From Gillisia hiemivivida (GTDB lineage Bacteria > Bacteroidota > Bacteroidia > Flavobacteriales > Flavobacteriaceae): a stretch of DNA of 64,000 nt. Every line of letters begins with the position of its first letter. The first letter of the stretch is position 1. The notes under the pieces were generated by a model. The model saw nothing but the letters and a program-made list of their open reading frames with translations, had not been told where the DNA came from and made no database searches. Location: NCBI RefSeq assembly GCF_007997295.1, contig NZ_VORY01000008.1:76596-140595 (forward strand), read 5' to 3'. The translations under genes and the position numbers were made by a program. Shown here piece after piece: positions 1 through 9,759 of this stretch.

Positions 1-227
1 AAAGGAGTTTCAAATAAGAACCTGTTTTTAATATTTCTGAGGGTTTTGTTTGATAATGATCCTTACTAATAAAATTTTAGTGTTTACATTACGGGAAAAC
101 ATTTTCTAAGCTTTAAGAAAAGCTTTAGATTTACTCCGCTTTCAATTATTCTCCAGTTACCCTATCTTCCGGAGATTGATTTTTCAGTAATTAAGCACCC
201 ATATTCTATTATAACATATCTACATAA

Positions 228-2576
228 ATGAATCAACAAGTACACAATAAACTCGTTTCTTTTATTTGGTCTATTGCAGACGATTACCTGCGTGATGTAT
301 ACCAACGTGGAAAATACCGAGATGTAATTTTACCAATGATAGTCCTTAGAAGGCTAGATGCACTTCTGGAACCTTCAAAAGATGCCGTAATGGAGGAACT
401 GATTTTTCAAAGAGATGAAGCCGGTTTTACAGAGTGGGATGAAAGCGGACTTTGTGAAGCTTCAGGTTATGTGTTTTACAATACTAGCACTTGGACTCTT
501 CAAAAATTACGAGGCACCGCAACTAATTCTCAACAGATATTGCTGGCTAATTTTGAAGATTATCTTAATGGTTTCAGTTATAATGTAAAGGAGATCATTG
601 AAAAGTTTAAATTACGCAGTCAGGTTCGCCATATGGCAAATAAGGATGTACTATTAAATGTGTTGGAAAAATTCACTTCTCCTCACATCAACCTAACTCC
701 ATTTGAAAAAGAAGACCCGGAAGGAAGAAAATTAGCTGCATTGTCTAATTTAGGGATGGGGTATGTATTTGAAGAGCTTATCAGGAAGTTCAATGAAGAA
801 AATAATGAAGAAGCGGGTGAACACTTTACGCCTCGTGAAGTGATAGATTTGATGACCCATATTATTTTTGATCCTGTAAAAGATAATTTACCGCCGGTGA
901 TGACTATTTACGATCCCGCATGTGGAAGTGGCGGAATGCTTACGGAAGCTCAAAATTTCATAAAGGATGAAGAAGGAATCATTAAAGCCCTAGGGGATGT
1001 ATATCTCTACGGAAAAGAGATTAACGATGAAACTTACGCAATCTGTAAGAGTGATATGATGATTAAGGGAAACAACCCTGAAAACATTAGAGTTGGCTCT
1101 ACACTTTCTACAGATGAATTTGCCGGGAATACCTTCGATTTTATGCTGTCTAATCCGCCTTATGGGAAATCCTGGAGCAGTGAGCAGAAATACATAAAGG
1201 ATGGAAAAGAGGTTATCGATCCTCGTTTTCAAATTAAATTAAATAATTACTGGGGAGTAGATGAAGATGCAGATGCCATTCCGCGATCTTCAGATGGGCA
1301 GTTATTATTCTTAATGGAGATGGTGTCTAAAATGAAACCCTTGACTCAAAGTGATAAAGGAACCAGAATAGCCTCTGTACATAACGGAAGCAGTTTATTT
1401 ACAGGAGATGCCGGAGGTGGTGAGAGTAATATACGCCGTTATATTATAGAAAACGATTGGTTAGAAGCCATTGTGCAATTACCAAACAACCTTTTTTATA
1501 ATACAGGAATCACTACTTACATCTGGATATTAAGCAATAATAAACCGGCTACCCGAAAAGGAAAAGTACAACTTATAGATGCCGGACAGTTATATAGAAA
1601 GTTGCGCAAGAATTTAGGAAATAAGAATTGCGAATTTTCCCCAAAACACATCACTGAGATTGTTACGGCTTATACCAAAATGAGTGTAAAAGAACGCGAA
1701 GGAGAAAAGGGTGTTTCTGCTCAAGTATTCGATAATGCAGATTTCGGATATTACAAAGCTAGCATAGAAAGGCCAAAACGTTTAAAAGCTCAGTTTACCG
1801 CAGAACGAATTGAAACTTTGCGTTTTGATAAGAGCTTACAAGAACCTATGCAATGGGCATACACAACTTTTGGAGAAAGTATATATACCAACACCAAGGA
1901 ACACGAAAAGGAATTGCTAGACTGGTGCGAGAAAAATGACCTGAATCTTTCTTCTGCTAATAAAAAGAAACTCACCAAGGCTGATACTTGGAAGAAACAT
2001 CTCTATCTGGTAAAAACAGGGATGAGTTTATTAAAGGCGATTGGGGAAAATGAGTATGCCGACTTTAACCAATTTAAAGTATTGGTAGATGCCGAAATTA
2101 AAAAGCAGAAACTATCACTAGGTGCTAGCGATAAAAAAGCCATTTTAAATGCAGTAAGTTGGTATGATGCTGAAGCCGAAAAAGTAATAAAAAAGATAGA
2201 AAAACTAACTGGCGATAAGCTAAACAAACTTTTAGTGCATTTAGATTGTAAAGAAAGTGATTTAGCAGATTTCGGGTATTTTGCAACTAACAAAAAAGGA
2301 GAATATATCACTTACGAAACTGAAAGCGACCTGCGTGATACCGAGAATGTACCCTTAAAAGACAATATACACAGTTACTTTTTACGAGAAGTAAAACCAC
2401 ATGTAGCCGAAGCTTGGATAAATCTGGACGCTACCAAAATTGGTTATGAAATTAGCTTTAACAAATACTTTTACAAGCATACGCCACTGCGTTCTATTGA
2501 AGAAGTTACTGCCGATATTTTAGCATTAGAAGAAAAAAGCGATGGTTTAATTGCTGAAATTTTAAACTTAGGGTAA
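228..2576 (+). CDS. hsdM: Type I restriction-modification system methyltransferase subunit (N6-adenine DNA methylase, HsdM) with ~280-aa C-terminal extension
   Basis: The N6-MTase catalytic motif NPPYG (LSNPPYGKSW) and the AdoMet motif DPACGSGGML are present. HsdM-typical HFTPREV and an N-terminal HsdM_N-like region are present. hsdS and hsdR lie in the same locus. Confidence 0.9.
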   Translation: MNQQVHNKLVSFIWSIADDYLRDVYQRGKYRDVILPMIVLRRLDALLEPSKDAVMEELIFQRDEAGFTEWDESGLCEASGYVFYNTSTWTLQKLRGTATNSQQILLANFEDYLNGFSYNVKEIIEKFKLRSQVRHMANKDVLLNVLEKFTSPHINLTPFEKEDPEGRKLAALSNLGMGYVFEELIRKFNEENNEEAGEHFTPREVIDLMTHIIFDPVKDNLPPVMTIYDPACGSGGMLTEAQNFIKDEEGIIKALGDVYLYGKEINDETYAICKSDMMIKGNNPENIRVGSTLSTDEFAGNTFDFMLSNPPYGKSWSSEQKYIKDGKEVIDPRFQIKLNNYWGVDEDADAIPRSSDGQLLFLMEMVSKMKPLTQSDKGTRIASVHNGSSLFTGDAGGGESNIRRYIIENDWLEAIVQLPNNLFYNTGITTYIWILSNNKPATRKGKVQLIDAGQLYRKLRKNLGNKNCEFSPKHITEIVTAYTKMSVKEREGEKGVSAQVFDNADFGYYKASIERPKRLKAQFTAERIETLRFDKSLQEPMQWAYTTFGESIYTNTKEHEKELLDWCEKNDLNLSSANKKKLTKADTWKKHLYLVKTGMSLLKAIGENEYADFNQFKVLVDAEIKKQKLSLGASDKKAILNAVSWYDAEAEKVIKKIEKLTGDKLNKLLVHLDCKESDLADFGYFATNKKGEYITYETESDLRDTENVPLKDNIHSYFLREVKPHVAEAWINLDATKIGYEISFNKYFYKHTPLRSIEEVTADILALEEKSDGLIAEILNLG

Positions 2577-2579
2577 AGT

Positions 2580-3590
2580 ATGGCTTCAGAACTTATTATA
2601 TATCAAACCGAAGACGGACAAACTAAAATTCAAACACGTTTAGAAAATGAAACTGTTTGGTTAACACAAACACAAATGGCAACGCTATTTGGCAAAGGAC
2701 GTTCTACCATTACAGAACATATTACTAACATTTTTAAAGAAGGTGAACTAGACAAAGCATTGGTAAGTCGGAAAATCCGACATACCACTCAACATGGTGC
2801 TATTGTTGGTAAAACACAAGAAGCCGAAAGCACGTTTTACAATCTCGATGTTATTATTTCGGTTGGTTACAGAGTAAAATCTAATAATGGTACACAATTT
2901 CGTATTTGGGCAACCCAAAGACTGCGAGAATATATTGTGAAAGGCTTTACCATAAACGATGATTTATTGAAAGAAGCTGGTGGTGGCAATTACTTTGAAG
3001 AATTATTAGAGCGTATTCGTGATATACGTTCGTCAGAGAAAGTGTTTTGGCGAAAAGTATTAGATATTTATGCTACTAGTGTAGATTACAACCCAAATGC
3101 TGAAACTTCGCAACAATTTTTTAAAACCATACAAAATAAAATGCATTGGGCAGCACACGGCCAAACCGCCGCAGAGGTTATTTATAGCCGTATAGATCCT
3201 GCAAAACCGTATTTGGGACTGACTACTTTTAAAGGCGAACAGCCTACCAAACAAGAGGTGGGCGTGGCTAAAAATTATTTAAATGGAGAAGAGCTAAACA
3301 TATTAAACCGTATGGTAACTGCTTATTTAGAAATTGCCGAACTACAGGCCTTAAACAGCAAACCAATGTATATGAAAGATTGGTTACAACGTGTAGATGA
3401 TTTTTTACAATTAACAGGGAAAAATATTTTAACACACGCCGGCAGTATTAGCCATAAGGAAGCGCTAGAAAAAGCAACCCATGATTATACCCAATATAAA
3501 GAAAGCATTAAAAACAGTTTGTCTAAGGTTGAAAAAGACTTTATAAAGCAATTGGACCAAACCCATAAACAGCTTAAAAACAAAAAATAA
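2580..3590 (+). CDS. rhuM: RhuM-family (virulence protein RhuM-like) protein inserted between hsdM and hsdS
   Basis: The N-terminus (IIYQTEDGQTKIQTRLENETVWLTQTQMATLFGKGRSTITEHI) is typical of RhuM/Fic-associated DNA-binding proteins. The start lies 3 bp after the hsdM stop, and the stop lies 1 bp before hsdS. Confidence 0.7.
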   Translation: MASELIIYQTEDGQTKIQTRLENETVWLTQTQMATLFGKGRSTITEHITNIFKEGELDKALVSRKIRHTTQHGAIVGKTQEAESTFYNLDVIISVGYRVKSNNGTQFRIWATQRLREYIVKGFTINDDLLKEAGGGNYFEELLERIRDIRSSEKVFWRKVLDIYATSVDYNPNAETSQQFFKTIQNKMHWAAHGQTAAEVIYSRIDPAKPYLGLTTFKGEQPTKQEVGVAKNYLNGEELNILNRMVTAYLEIAELQALNSKPMYMKDWLQRVDDFLQLTGKNILTHAGSISHKEALEKATHDYTQYKESIKNSLSKVEKDFIKQLDQTHKQLKNKK

Positions 3591-3591
3591 T

Positions 3592-4926
3592 ATGGTGGAG
3601 GTAGAAAACAGCATACCAAAATATCCTGCTTATAAAGATTCTGGAGTAGAATGGTTAAGAGAGATTCCTGAGCATTGGGAGGTAATTAAATTGAGAAATA
3701 TTGGCGTTTTTTCTGCGAGCGGAATAGATAAATATATTAAGAATAATGAAAGTATAATTAAAATAATCAATTTTACGGATGTCTATGGAAATAAAAAGGG
3801 AACTATCAATTCACTTTTTAAATTTATGGAGGTTACTACTCCTGAATCAAATAGAATTAAACATCTTGTAAATAAAGGAGATTTAGTATTACTTCCCAGT
3901 TCTGAGACCTATGAAGAATTAGGGCTTGCCGCATTAATAGATGAAGAACTCGAAAACACATCTTTTTCATATCACGTTATTCGATTTCAATTTGCTAAAG
4001 ACATCAATCATCCATTTAGAAAATATTTAACAAATAACAATTTTGTTTTAAATCAATTTTCTAGAGCAGGAAAAGGGACGACAAGAAAAATTATTGGTAG
4101 AGGAGTGTTTAAAAATATACAGGTAATAATTCCACCATTAAAAGAACAGAATTCAATAGCTCAATTTTTAGATGATAAAACAACAAAAATAGAAGATGCT
4201 ATCACCATAAAAGAGCGACAAATAAACCTGCTTAAAGAACGCAAACAAATACTCATACACAAAGCAGTTACACAAGGTTTAAATCCAAATGTCAAACTAA
4301 AAGACTCTGGTGTAGAATGGATTGGAAAGATTCCTGAGCATTGGGAATTAGTAAAAAATAAAACGCTTTTCCGAGAAAGTAATAAACCTGGAGAGGAAGA
4401 TCTTCCACTCTTATCTGTATCTATTCATTCGGCTGTTTCTTCTGAAGAACTGGAAGATGATAATAATATTAGAGGTAGGGTCAAAATTGAAGACAAGACA
4501 AAATATAAACTTGTTGATGAGCAAGATATAGTTTTTAATATGATGAGAGCTTGGCAAGGAGCGATTGGTTCAGTAAGTGTCAAAGGACTGGTGAGTCCAG
4601 CATACGTTGTGGCTACCCCAAACTTAAAATTGAAATCCAAATACTTCGAACATCTCTATCGAACTGATTCCTTTATCCAACAAATGAACCAAAACTCGCG
4701 GGGTATTACAGACTTTAGAAAGAGATTATATTGGGATGAGTTCAAACAGTTGTTTACTGTACTTCCAGATCTCCAGGAGCAAGGGAGTATTGTGGAATTT
4801 ATCGATGGTCTCAACAAGAAGACTGAAAAAGCCGTCAACTTAAAACAACAAGAAATTAGGAAGTTAAAGGAGTATAAGAGTAGTTTGATAAATAGCGCAG
4901 TAACTGGGAAGATTAAGGTAAGTTAA
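3592..4926 (+). CDS. hsdS: Type I restriction-modification specificity subunit (HsdS), two target-recognition domains
   Basis: The conserved HsdS repeat DSGVEWLREIPEHWEV (N-terminal) recurs mid-protein as DSGVEWIGKIPEHWEL. These flank two variable TRDs and are followed by coiled-coil spacer regions. Confidence 0.85.
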   Translation: MVEVENSIPKYPAYKDSGVEWLREIPEHWEVIKLRNIGVFSASGIDKYIKNNESIIKIINFTDVYGNKKGTINSLFKFMEVTTPESNRIKHLVNKGDLVLLPSSETYEELGLAALIDEELENTSFSYHVIRFQFAKDINHPFRKYLTNNNFVLNQFSRAGKGTTRKIIGRGVFKNIQVIIPPLKEQNSIAQFLDDKTTKIEDAITIKERQINLLKERKQILIHKAVTQGLNPNVKLKDSGVEWIGKIPEHWELVKNKTLFRESNKPGEEDLPLLSVSIHSAVSSEELEDDNNIRGRVKIEDKTKYKLVDEQDIVFNMMRAWQGAIGSVSVKGLVSPAYVVATPNLKLKSKYFEHLYRTDSFIQQMNQNSRGITDFRKRLYWDEFKQLFTVLPDLQEQGSIVEFIDGLNKKTEKAVNLKQQEIRKLKEYKSSLINSAVTGKIKVS

Positions 4927-4936
4927 TATAAATTTT

Positions 4937-5902
4937 ATGAAAACAATTATAGAAAAATATATAGGTAAAAAAGCTTTTGAAGAAAAAGTTGAAAAGTTTT
5001 TCGGGAATACTGAATTCGAGGAAGTTTTCACCTCTTTTTTATCCAACTATCTTACAGAGTTGGAAGGAGATAATGCAATTGAAGAAGATGATACTCCCAC
5101 AACCTTGCTTGAAATACCAAATGATTTTATAGACTGTTATATTGAGTGTAGGAAGGATGGATTTAGCAAAATTTGGAGTATAACGCGAGCGAAATTAAAG
5201 ATGTCATCTGTTAGGAGTAACGAAGTTTTTAGCTGTTACGAGGAAGTTGCCGCGGTAGATAAAGAAGAAGCTTTAAAAGATCTACATGTTTTTTGCAAAC
5301 TAAATAATGGAGATAAACGATACACTGATTTTTTAATTGATTATGTAATCAATAATGGTTACTCAGAAAGACCTGTTGAAGAACTTGCAGATGACTTTTC
5401 TAAAATTTATAAGAAGCAAATAGAAGGTGGTAAGTCGGAGATCTATGCTAACAAATACGCAAGTTTAATAGCTGAAGATCATTATCATGAGATATATTGT
5501 CAAGATTATGCTTTGATTTATGATCAATCCCTCACACACGAGAAAAGTGAAGAATATGCTGAGCAATATGCATCAAAATATGCCAGCGAATTGGTGGACG
5601 TTAAAAGAAGAGCCGGTATTTCAGAGGACGAAGAAATACTGGATTTTGCGAAAGATAAAGCCAAGGCTTATATAAATGGTTGGGAATATGCCAATGAAAA
5701 CAATCTTAAAGATAAATCACTTTTTATTGAATGCTACAGCAACTCTTATCTAAATACAATGTATTCTGATGATCCAAATGATTGTAGAACGATAAAAGAA
5801 TGCGAGAAATTAGCTTTAAAAAAAGCATTGGAAAAGTTTGAGAAGCGAATAGCATCTAGAAAAACAAAAGACTCAATTGATATCAGGAGTTCTAGAAATT
5901 GA
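4937..5902 (+). CDS. Hypothetical acidic protein with internal YA-rich repeats (KYASLIAEDHY / YAEQYASKYASELV / KAYINGWEYANEN); no recognisable catalytic motif
   Basis: This is a 321-aa ORF tightly spaced after hsdS. It shows compositional repeats only. Its function is unknown. Confidence 0.5.
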   Translation: MKTIIEKYIGKKAFEEKVEKFFGNTEFEEVFTSFLSNYLTELEGDNAIEEDDTPTTLLEIPNDFIDCYIECRKDGFSKIWSITRAKLKMSSVRSNEVFSCYEEVAAVDKEEALKDLHVFCKLNNGDKRYTDFLIDYVINNGYSERPVEELADDFSKIYKKQIEGGKSEIYANKYASLIAEDHYHEIYCQDYALIYDQSLTHEKSEEYAEQYASKYASELVDVKRRAGISEDEEILDFAKDKAKAYINGWEYANENNLKDKSLFIECYSNSYLNTMYSDDPNDCRTIKECEKLALKKALEKFEKRIASRKTKDSIDIRSSRN

Positions 5903-5994
5903 AAAATTAAAGAAAAAAAATGGTTGTTTAATAGATTGCTTAGTAACTCGTAAAGTGAAAGTGTGTTGGAATGCGAAAAGAAAATAAATAGATT

Positions 5995-7458
5995 GTGCAA
6001 GAAGAATTAACTTTAAATAATATTGAAAATGTATCGGTAAAGGTGGTTAGTTGTACTTTACGTGAACTCTTAAATTGTAATTCTGATGCTATACCAGGAA
6101 CTTCCATAGTAGGACAATTACACATACCAGAATATCAAAGACCTTATGTTTGGAAGGAAAAACAAATTAATCAGTTATTGAATGATTATATTGAGTATGA
6201 CAAAAAAAATGTTGCAGATAAACCTTTATATTATTTAGGAAGTATTCTATTACATCATGATGATGGGAAATTAAATATAATAGATGGTCAACAACGCATA
6301 ACCACTGCATTACTTATTCAAAAGTTGAAAAATGAAGAAATTAAAAGTGGACTAGAATATTCATCAAGCTCAACTATTAAAAATATTAAAAAAAACTTGA
6401 AATACTTAAAAAGTATTCAGGATAAGAATATTTTTGAATTTAGAGAATTTGACGTGTTTGATTTAATCAAATTCGATGAAATTAATATTACTTTAATTAT
6501 TACTTCTACCCAAGATTTAGCTTACACTTTTTTTGAAACTCAAAACACAGGAGGAGTCCGCCTTGAAGGGAGTGATATTTTAAAAGCTCATCACTTAAGA
6601 GCTATAGACTGTAAGAAAACAGTTAATTATCAAGCAAGAAAATGGGAATCTATAGATAGTGATAATGTTGAATATGTAACACAACAATTAACTAAGATTC
6701 GTTTTTGGGATAATAGAAAATGGCGACAATTCCCTTTTTACAAAAATAAAATAGGAATCAAACAAGTGCTTATCGATGAATATACTTTAAATACTTCAAG
6801 TAATAATGGAGATGTGTCTTTTTACTACAGTGCCGTACAAAACGATGGCGGACGTTTGCTACAAATGCACGAAAGCAATTATAAACAATTAAAGCAACCA
6901 CTTTCTAACGGTAATAACACCTTGGATTATATTAATGATTATATACATCTGTACGAAGTGCTTTTTGGTAAATTATCAGATCATCGAATAGATGATAATT
7001 ATTACGAGTTTAGAGATGTAGTTATACACGGTGAAAATGGAACTCTTTTTTTAAAGGAATTGTTTGAAATAGCAATGATTAGTTATGTAAGTAGGTTTGG
7101 CTTTTACAAAATGTTTGAGGCTAGCCTTTGGCTATACAGGGTTATTTATTCTTTACGTGTAAGTATGAAAAGAAACGTTAGGGAGGATAGTGTCTTTAAA
7201 TTTGTTTACGATAAGCAGTTTGTAGATAATATAATAGAGGTATTTACAACCGAAGAATTATTCTTATTTCTTAAAAAACACTATTACTCTTTGGATACAT
7301 CTTATGCAGATAAAAACAAATCCAAAGGAAAGCATATTAGTACTTTACAGAAATATTTTTCCGGCTTAAATGCTATAGACTACTACAAGAATAATCCACG
7401 TGAATTTGATAAACACTTATTATTAAGCATTTCAGATAAAATAAAAGAAAAGCAATAA
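5995..7458 (+). CDS. DUF262 (ParB-like nuclease/NTPase N-terminal domain of GmrSD family) protein, lacks DUF1524 HNH module
   Basis: The DUF262 signature motifs IPEYQRPYVW and DGQQR are present. The ORF uses a GTG start and has no C-terminal His-Me finger. Confidence 0.7.
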   Translation: MQEELTLNNIENVSVKVVSCTLRELLNCNSDAIPGTSIVGQLHIPEYQRPYVWKEKQINQLLNDYIEYDKKNVADKPLYYLGSILLHHDDGKLNIIDGQQRITTALLIQKLKNEEIKSGLEYSSSSTIKNIKKNLKYLKSIQDKNIFEFREFDVFDLIKFDEINITLIITSTQDLAYTFFETQNTGGVRLEGSDILKAHHLRAIDCKKTVNYQARKWESIDSDNVEYVTQQLTKIRFWDNRKWRQFPFYKNKIGIKQVLIDEYTLNTSSNNGDVSFYYSAVQNDGGRLLQMHESNYKQLKQPLSNGNNTLDYINDYIHLYEVLFGKLSDHRIDDNYYEFRDVVIHGENGTLFLKELFEIAMISYVSRFGFYKMFEASLWLYRVIYSLRVSMKRNVREDSVFKFVYDKQFVDNIIEVFTTEELFLFLKKHYYSLDTSYADKNKSKGKHISTLQKYFSGLNAIDYYKNNPREFDKHLLLSISDKIKEKQ

Positions 7459-7459
7459 G

Positions 7460-9406
7460 ATGGATAATATATTTGAAACTAAAATAGTAAGTTTAAAAAC
7501 CTTAGATAATTATAATTTTTCTATACCAACTTATCAACGTCCTTACGTTTGGGGAGATGAACAATTGAAAAAAATATTAGATGATTTTTATCTAGCATTT
7601 AATACTGCACCTAATGACGTCTATTATGTAAGCACCTTTTTAACTAAGGAAAATAATAATGAGGCTGAACTAATAGATGGACAACAAAGATTTACAACGT
7701 TATGGTTAATTTCCTTCGTGTTGGATAGCGTATGTGAATCTTCAGAAATTTCTAAGTTTCTTAAAAAAGATGGTAAACTTCGATTAAGTTTTGAAATAAG
7801 AAAAGAGGTTGGAGACTTTTTCAGGTCGCTTTTAGAAGAAGAAAATACTTCACAAAGAATATTTGAAGAACAATATATAATTAAGCATCCTTACCTTAAA
7901 AATATAGCTAAAGCATTTGTTTTTATAAAAGGGTTCATAGATCAATTACCCGTGACTGAATTGGATGATTTTGGAGATTGGATTTACAGAAATGTACATT
8001 TAATTAAAAACACTACACCTAAAAACACCGATCTAAATAAATTATTTTCTACAATAAATAGTGCTGGAATTCAACTAGAGCAAACAGATATTATAAAAGC
8101 AAACCTGTTAAGTCTTATAGACGAAAAAACGAAGTATAGTAGAATATGGGAGTCCTGCGAAAACATGAATAATTTTTTTGAACGCAATGCAAGGGATTCC
8201 TTTCCGAGCACAAAATGGGAGGCTGTACATATGCAGGATTTTACATTTTTTAATGATGCTGTTTTTAAATATCAATCTGAAAATTTAAGAGATAAAAGGA
8301 ATTCTGAAATATTTAATATTGATAATTTTAATATTGATGAATTAGAAGAATATAAAAGACCAGAGTATAAAAGTTTAAATGAAGAAACGCGAAAATCTGA
8401 CGAGATATATTGTAGATCTGTAATTAGCTTCGGTCAGATTTTGTTGCATACATATCGTATTCACTTGTATCGTGAAAAAGGTCTTAACGATTTTGAGGGC
8501 ACCTTTCATGTGTCAAGATTAATCGAAATATTTAATGAACTAGTATTGCGTAAAAATCCAGAAGAGATCAAACGTTTTTTTTTACTGCTTTGGGATATTC
8601 GATACCTATTCGATAAATACATAATTAAATGGATTTCTGATGTAGATACTAAATCAGAATCTTTAGAGCTAGTTAACATTAATCGAAATAAAGAAAGTTA
8701 CTACAGTCGTAGCAAATACGAAAAGTCTGAAAGTTTAATGCTTCAAAGTGTACTGTATTTCACAGGTGATTATTTAAGGCAATATTGGTTGACAACTTAT
8801 CTGAATTATCTGCATAAAAATCATTCTAATCTTTCCCCTACAGATGAGAAACACTTAAATTATTTGGAGAAACTAGATAATACCTTTTCAATTTGTAAAT
8901 CAATCACAGATAAAGAACTCTCTTGGAGTTTAATGGGTCAGGATTTTGAAATTGAAAAACGTTTTAACATAAAAGAATATTTAAATTCTAATCAAGGAAC
9001 TAGGTTTAAACATTATTGGTTTCAGAAACTAGAATATATTATATGGAAAAATTGGAAGTTCGAAGAAACAGATGAATTTAAAAGTTACAAAATAACTTCC
9101 AAAAATTCAATTGAACATATCTATCCTCAAAACCCGGAAAACATTTTGAATCATCCAGAGATTAAAGATGAATATCTCCATTCTTTTGGAAATTTAGTTT
9201 TATTAAGTGTTTCTCAAAATTCTGAGTACAGTAATAAATCTGTAAGTGTTAAAAAATCAATGTTCAAAGAGAAAAGAGACGCTTATGATACATTAAAGTC
9301 TTATTATATTTTTGAAAAATCTGCTCACCCATGGAATATAGATTCCATAAAAGAGCATCAAAAAGAGATGATAAAAAAAATTACTAAGCATTATTTCAAT
9401 GAATAG
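7460..9406 (+). CDS. GmrSD-like type IV restriction / SspE-BrxU-like protein (DUF262 N-terminal + DUF1524 His-Me finger nuclease C-terminal)
   Basis: The N-terminus carries PTYQRPYVWGDEQ and IDGQQRFTT (DUF262). The C-terminus carries NSIEHIYPQNP...GNLVLL, typical of the DUF1524 HNH-like nuclease. The start lies 2 bp after the upstream DUF262 gene. Confidence 0.75.
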   Translation: MDNIFETKIVSLKTLDNYNFSIPTYQRPYVWGDEQLKKILDDFYLAFNTAPNDVYYVSTFLTKENNNEAELIDGQQRFTTLWLISFVLDSVCESSEISKFLKKDGKLRLSFEIRKEVGDFFRSLLEEENTSQRIFEEQYIIKHPYLKNIAKAFVFIKGFIDQLPVTELDDFGDWIYRNVHLIKNTTPKNTDLNKLFSTINSAGIQLEQTDIIKANLLSLIDEKTKYSRIWESCENMNNFFERNARDSFPSTKWEAVHMQDFTFFNDAVFKYQSENLRDKRNSEIFNIDNFNIDELEEYKRPEYKSLNEETRKSDEIYCRSVISFGQILLHTYRIHLYREKGLNDFEGTFHVSRLIEIFNELVLRKNPEEIKRFFLLLWDIRYLFDKYIIKWISDVDTKSESLELVNINRNKESYYSRSKYEKSESLMLQSVLYFTGDYLRQYWLTTYLNYLHKNHSNLSPTDEKHLNYLEKLDNTFSICKSITDKELSWSLMGQDFEIEKRFNIKEYLNSNQGTRFKHYWFQKLEYIIWKNWKFEETDEFKSYKITSKNSIEHIYPQNPENILNHPEIKDEYLHSFGNLVLLSVSQNSEYSNKSVSVKKSMFKEKRDAYDTLKSYYIFEKSAHPWNIDSIKEHQKEMIKKITKHYFNE

Positions 9407-9407
9407 T

Positions 9408-9482
9408 AAAACCAATGAAAAAGCTTTAAAAGATTCAATACAGGAAATGCTATCTGGTAACAAGATTGCGATGATAAAGTAG
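9408..9482 (+). pseudogene. Orphan 5' fragment of an hsdR gene (24 codons, no start codon) immediately after GmrSD stop
   Basis: Translation gives KTNEKALKDSIQEMLSGNKIAMIK*. This aligns with residues 4-28 of the intact HsdR (QTNEQALEAAIQETLSGTTIEMIKE) that starts 352 bp downstream. The nucleotide similarity is visible by eye. Confidence 0.6.
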
Positions 9483-9597
9483 TAAGATCTTTCAGATTAG
9501 GTAGCGATTCCAAAAAATTCATAATGTATATACCTTATTGGGCATGATTTTATTTAACTTGAAATTATAAAAATCGAAAAAAACCAGTGTTTGTAGG

Positions 9598-9626
9598 GGT
9601 TTCTTATTTGACGGGAATTCGGAAAA
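9598..9626. repeat. 28-bp direct repeat copy 1 (GGTTTCTTATTTGACGGGAATTCGGAAAA) upstream of hsdR
   Basis: It matches the second copy at 9718-9747 at 26 of 28 positions. The second copy starts 120 bp further on. Confidence 0.6.
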
Positions 9627-9717
9627 TGACAGATTGTGGGTTTTAAAACCAATAATTATACTGTAGATGTTTATTTGATTAGAATTAGGAAGTAGTTGTT
9701 AAACCATTAAATATCAA

Positions 9718-9747
9718 GGATTTCTTATTTGACTGGAATTCGGAAAA
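9718..9747. repeat. 28-bp direct repeat copy 2 (GGATTTCTTATTTGACTGGAATTCGGAAAA), 13 bp before hsdR start
   Basis: It is a direct repeat of 9598-9626. It lies in the hsdR promoter/leader region. Confidence 0.6.
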
Positions 9748-9759
9748 CAAAATTATAGC

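Noticed and set aside
228-2576. Because of its 782-aa length, I considered whether HsdM could be a fused Type ISP/IIG restriction-modification enzyme
   Set aside because: No helicase, Mrr/PD-(D/E)XK or endonuclease motifs are present in the C-terminal extension. Separate hsdS and hsdR genes are present. This is an ordinary M subunit with an extension.
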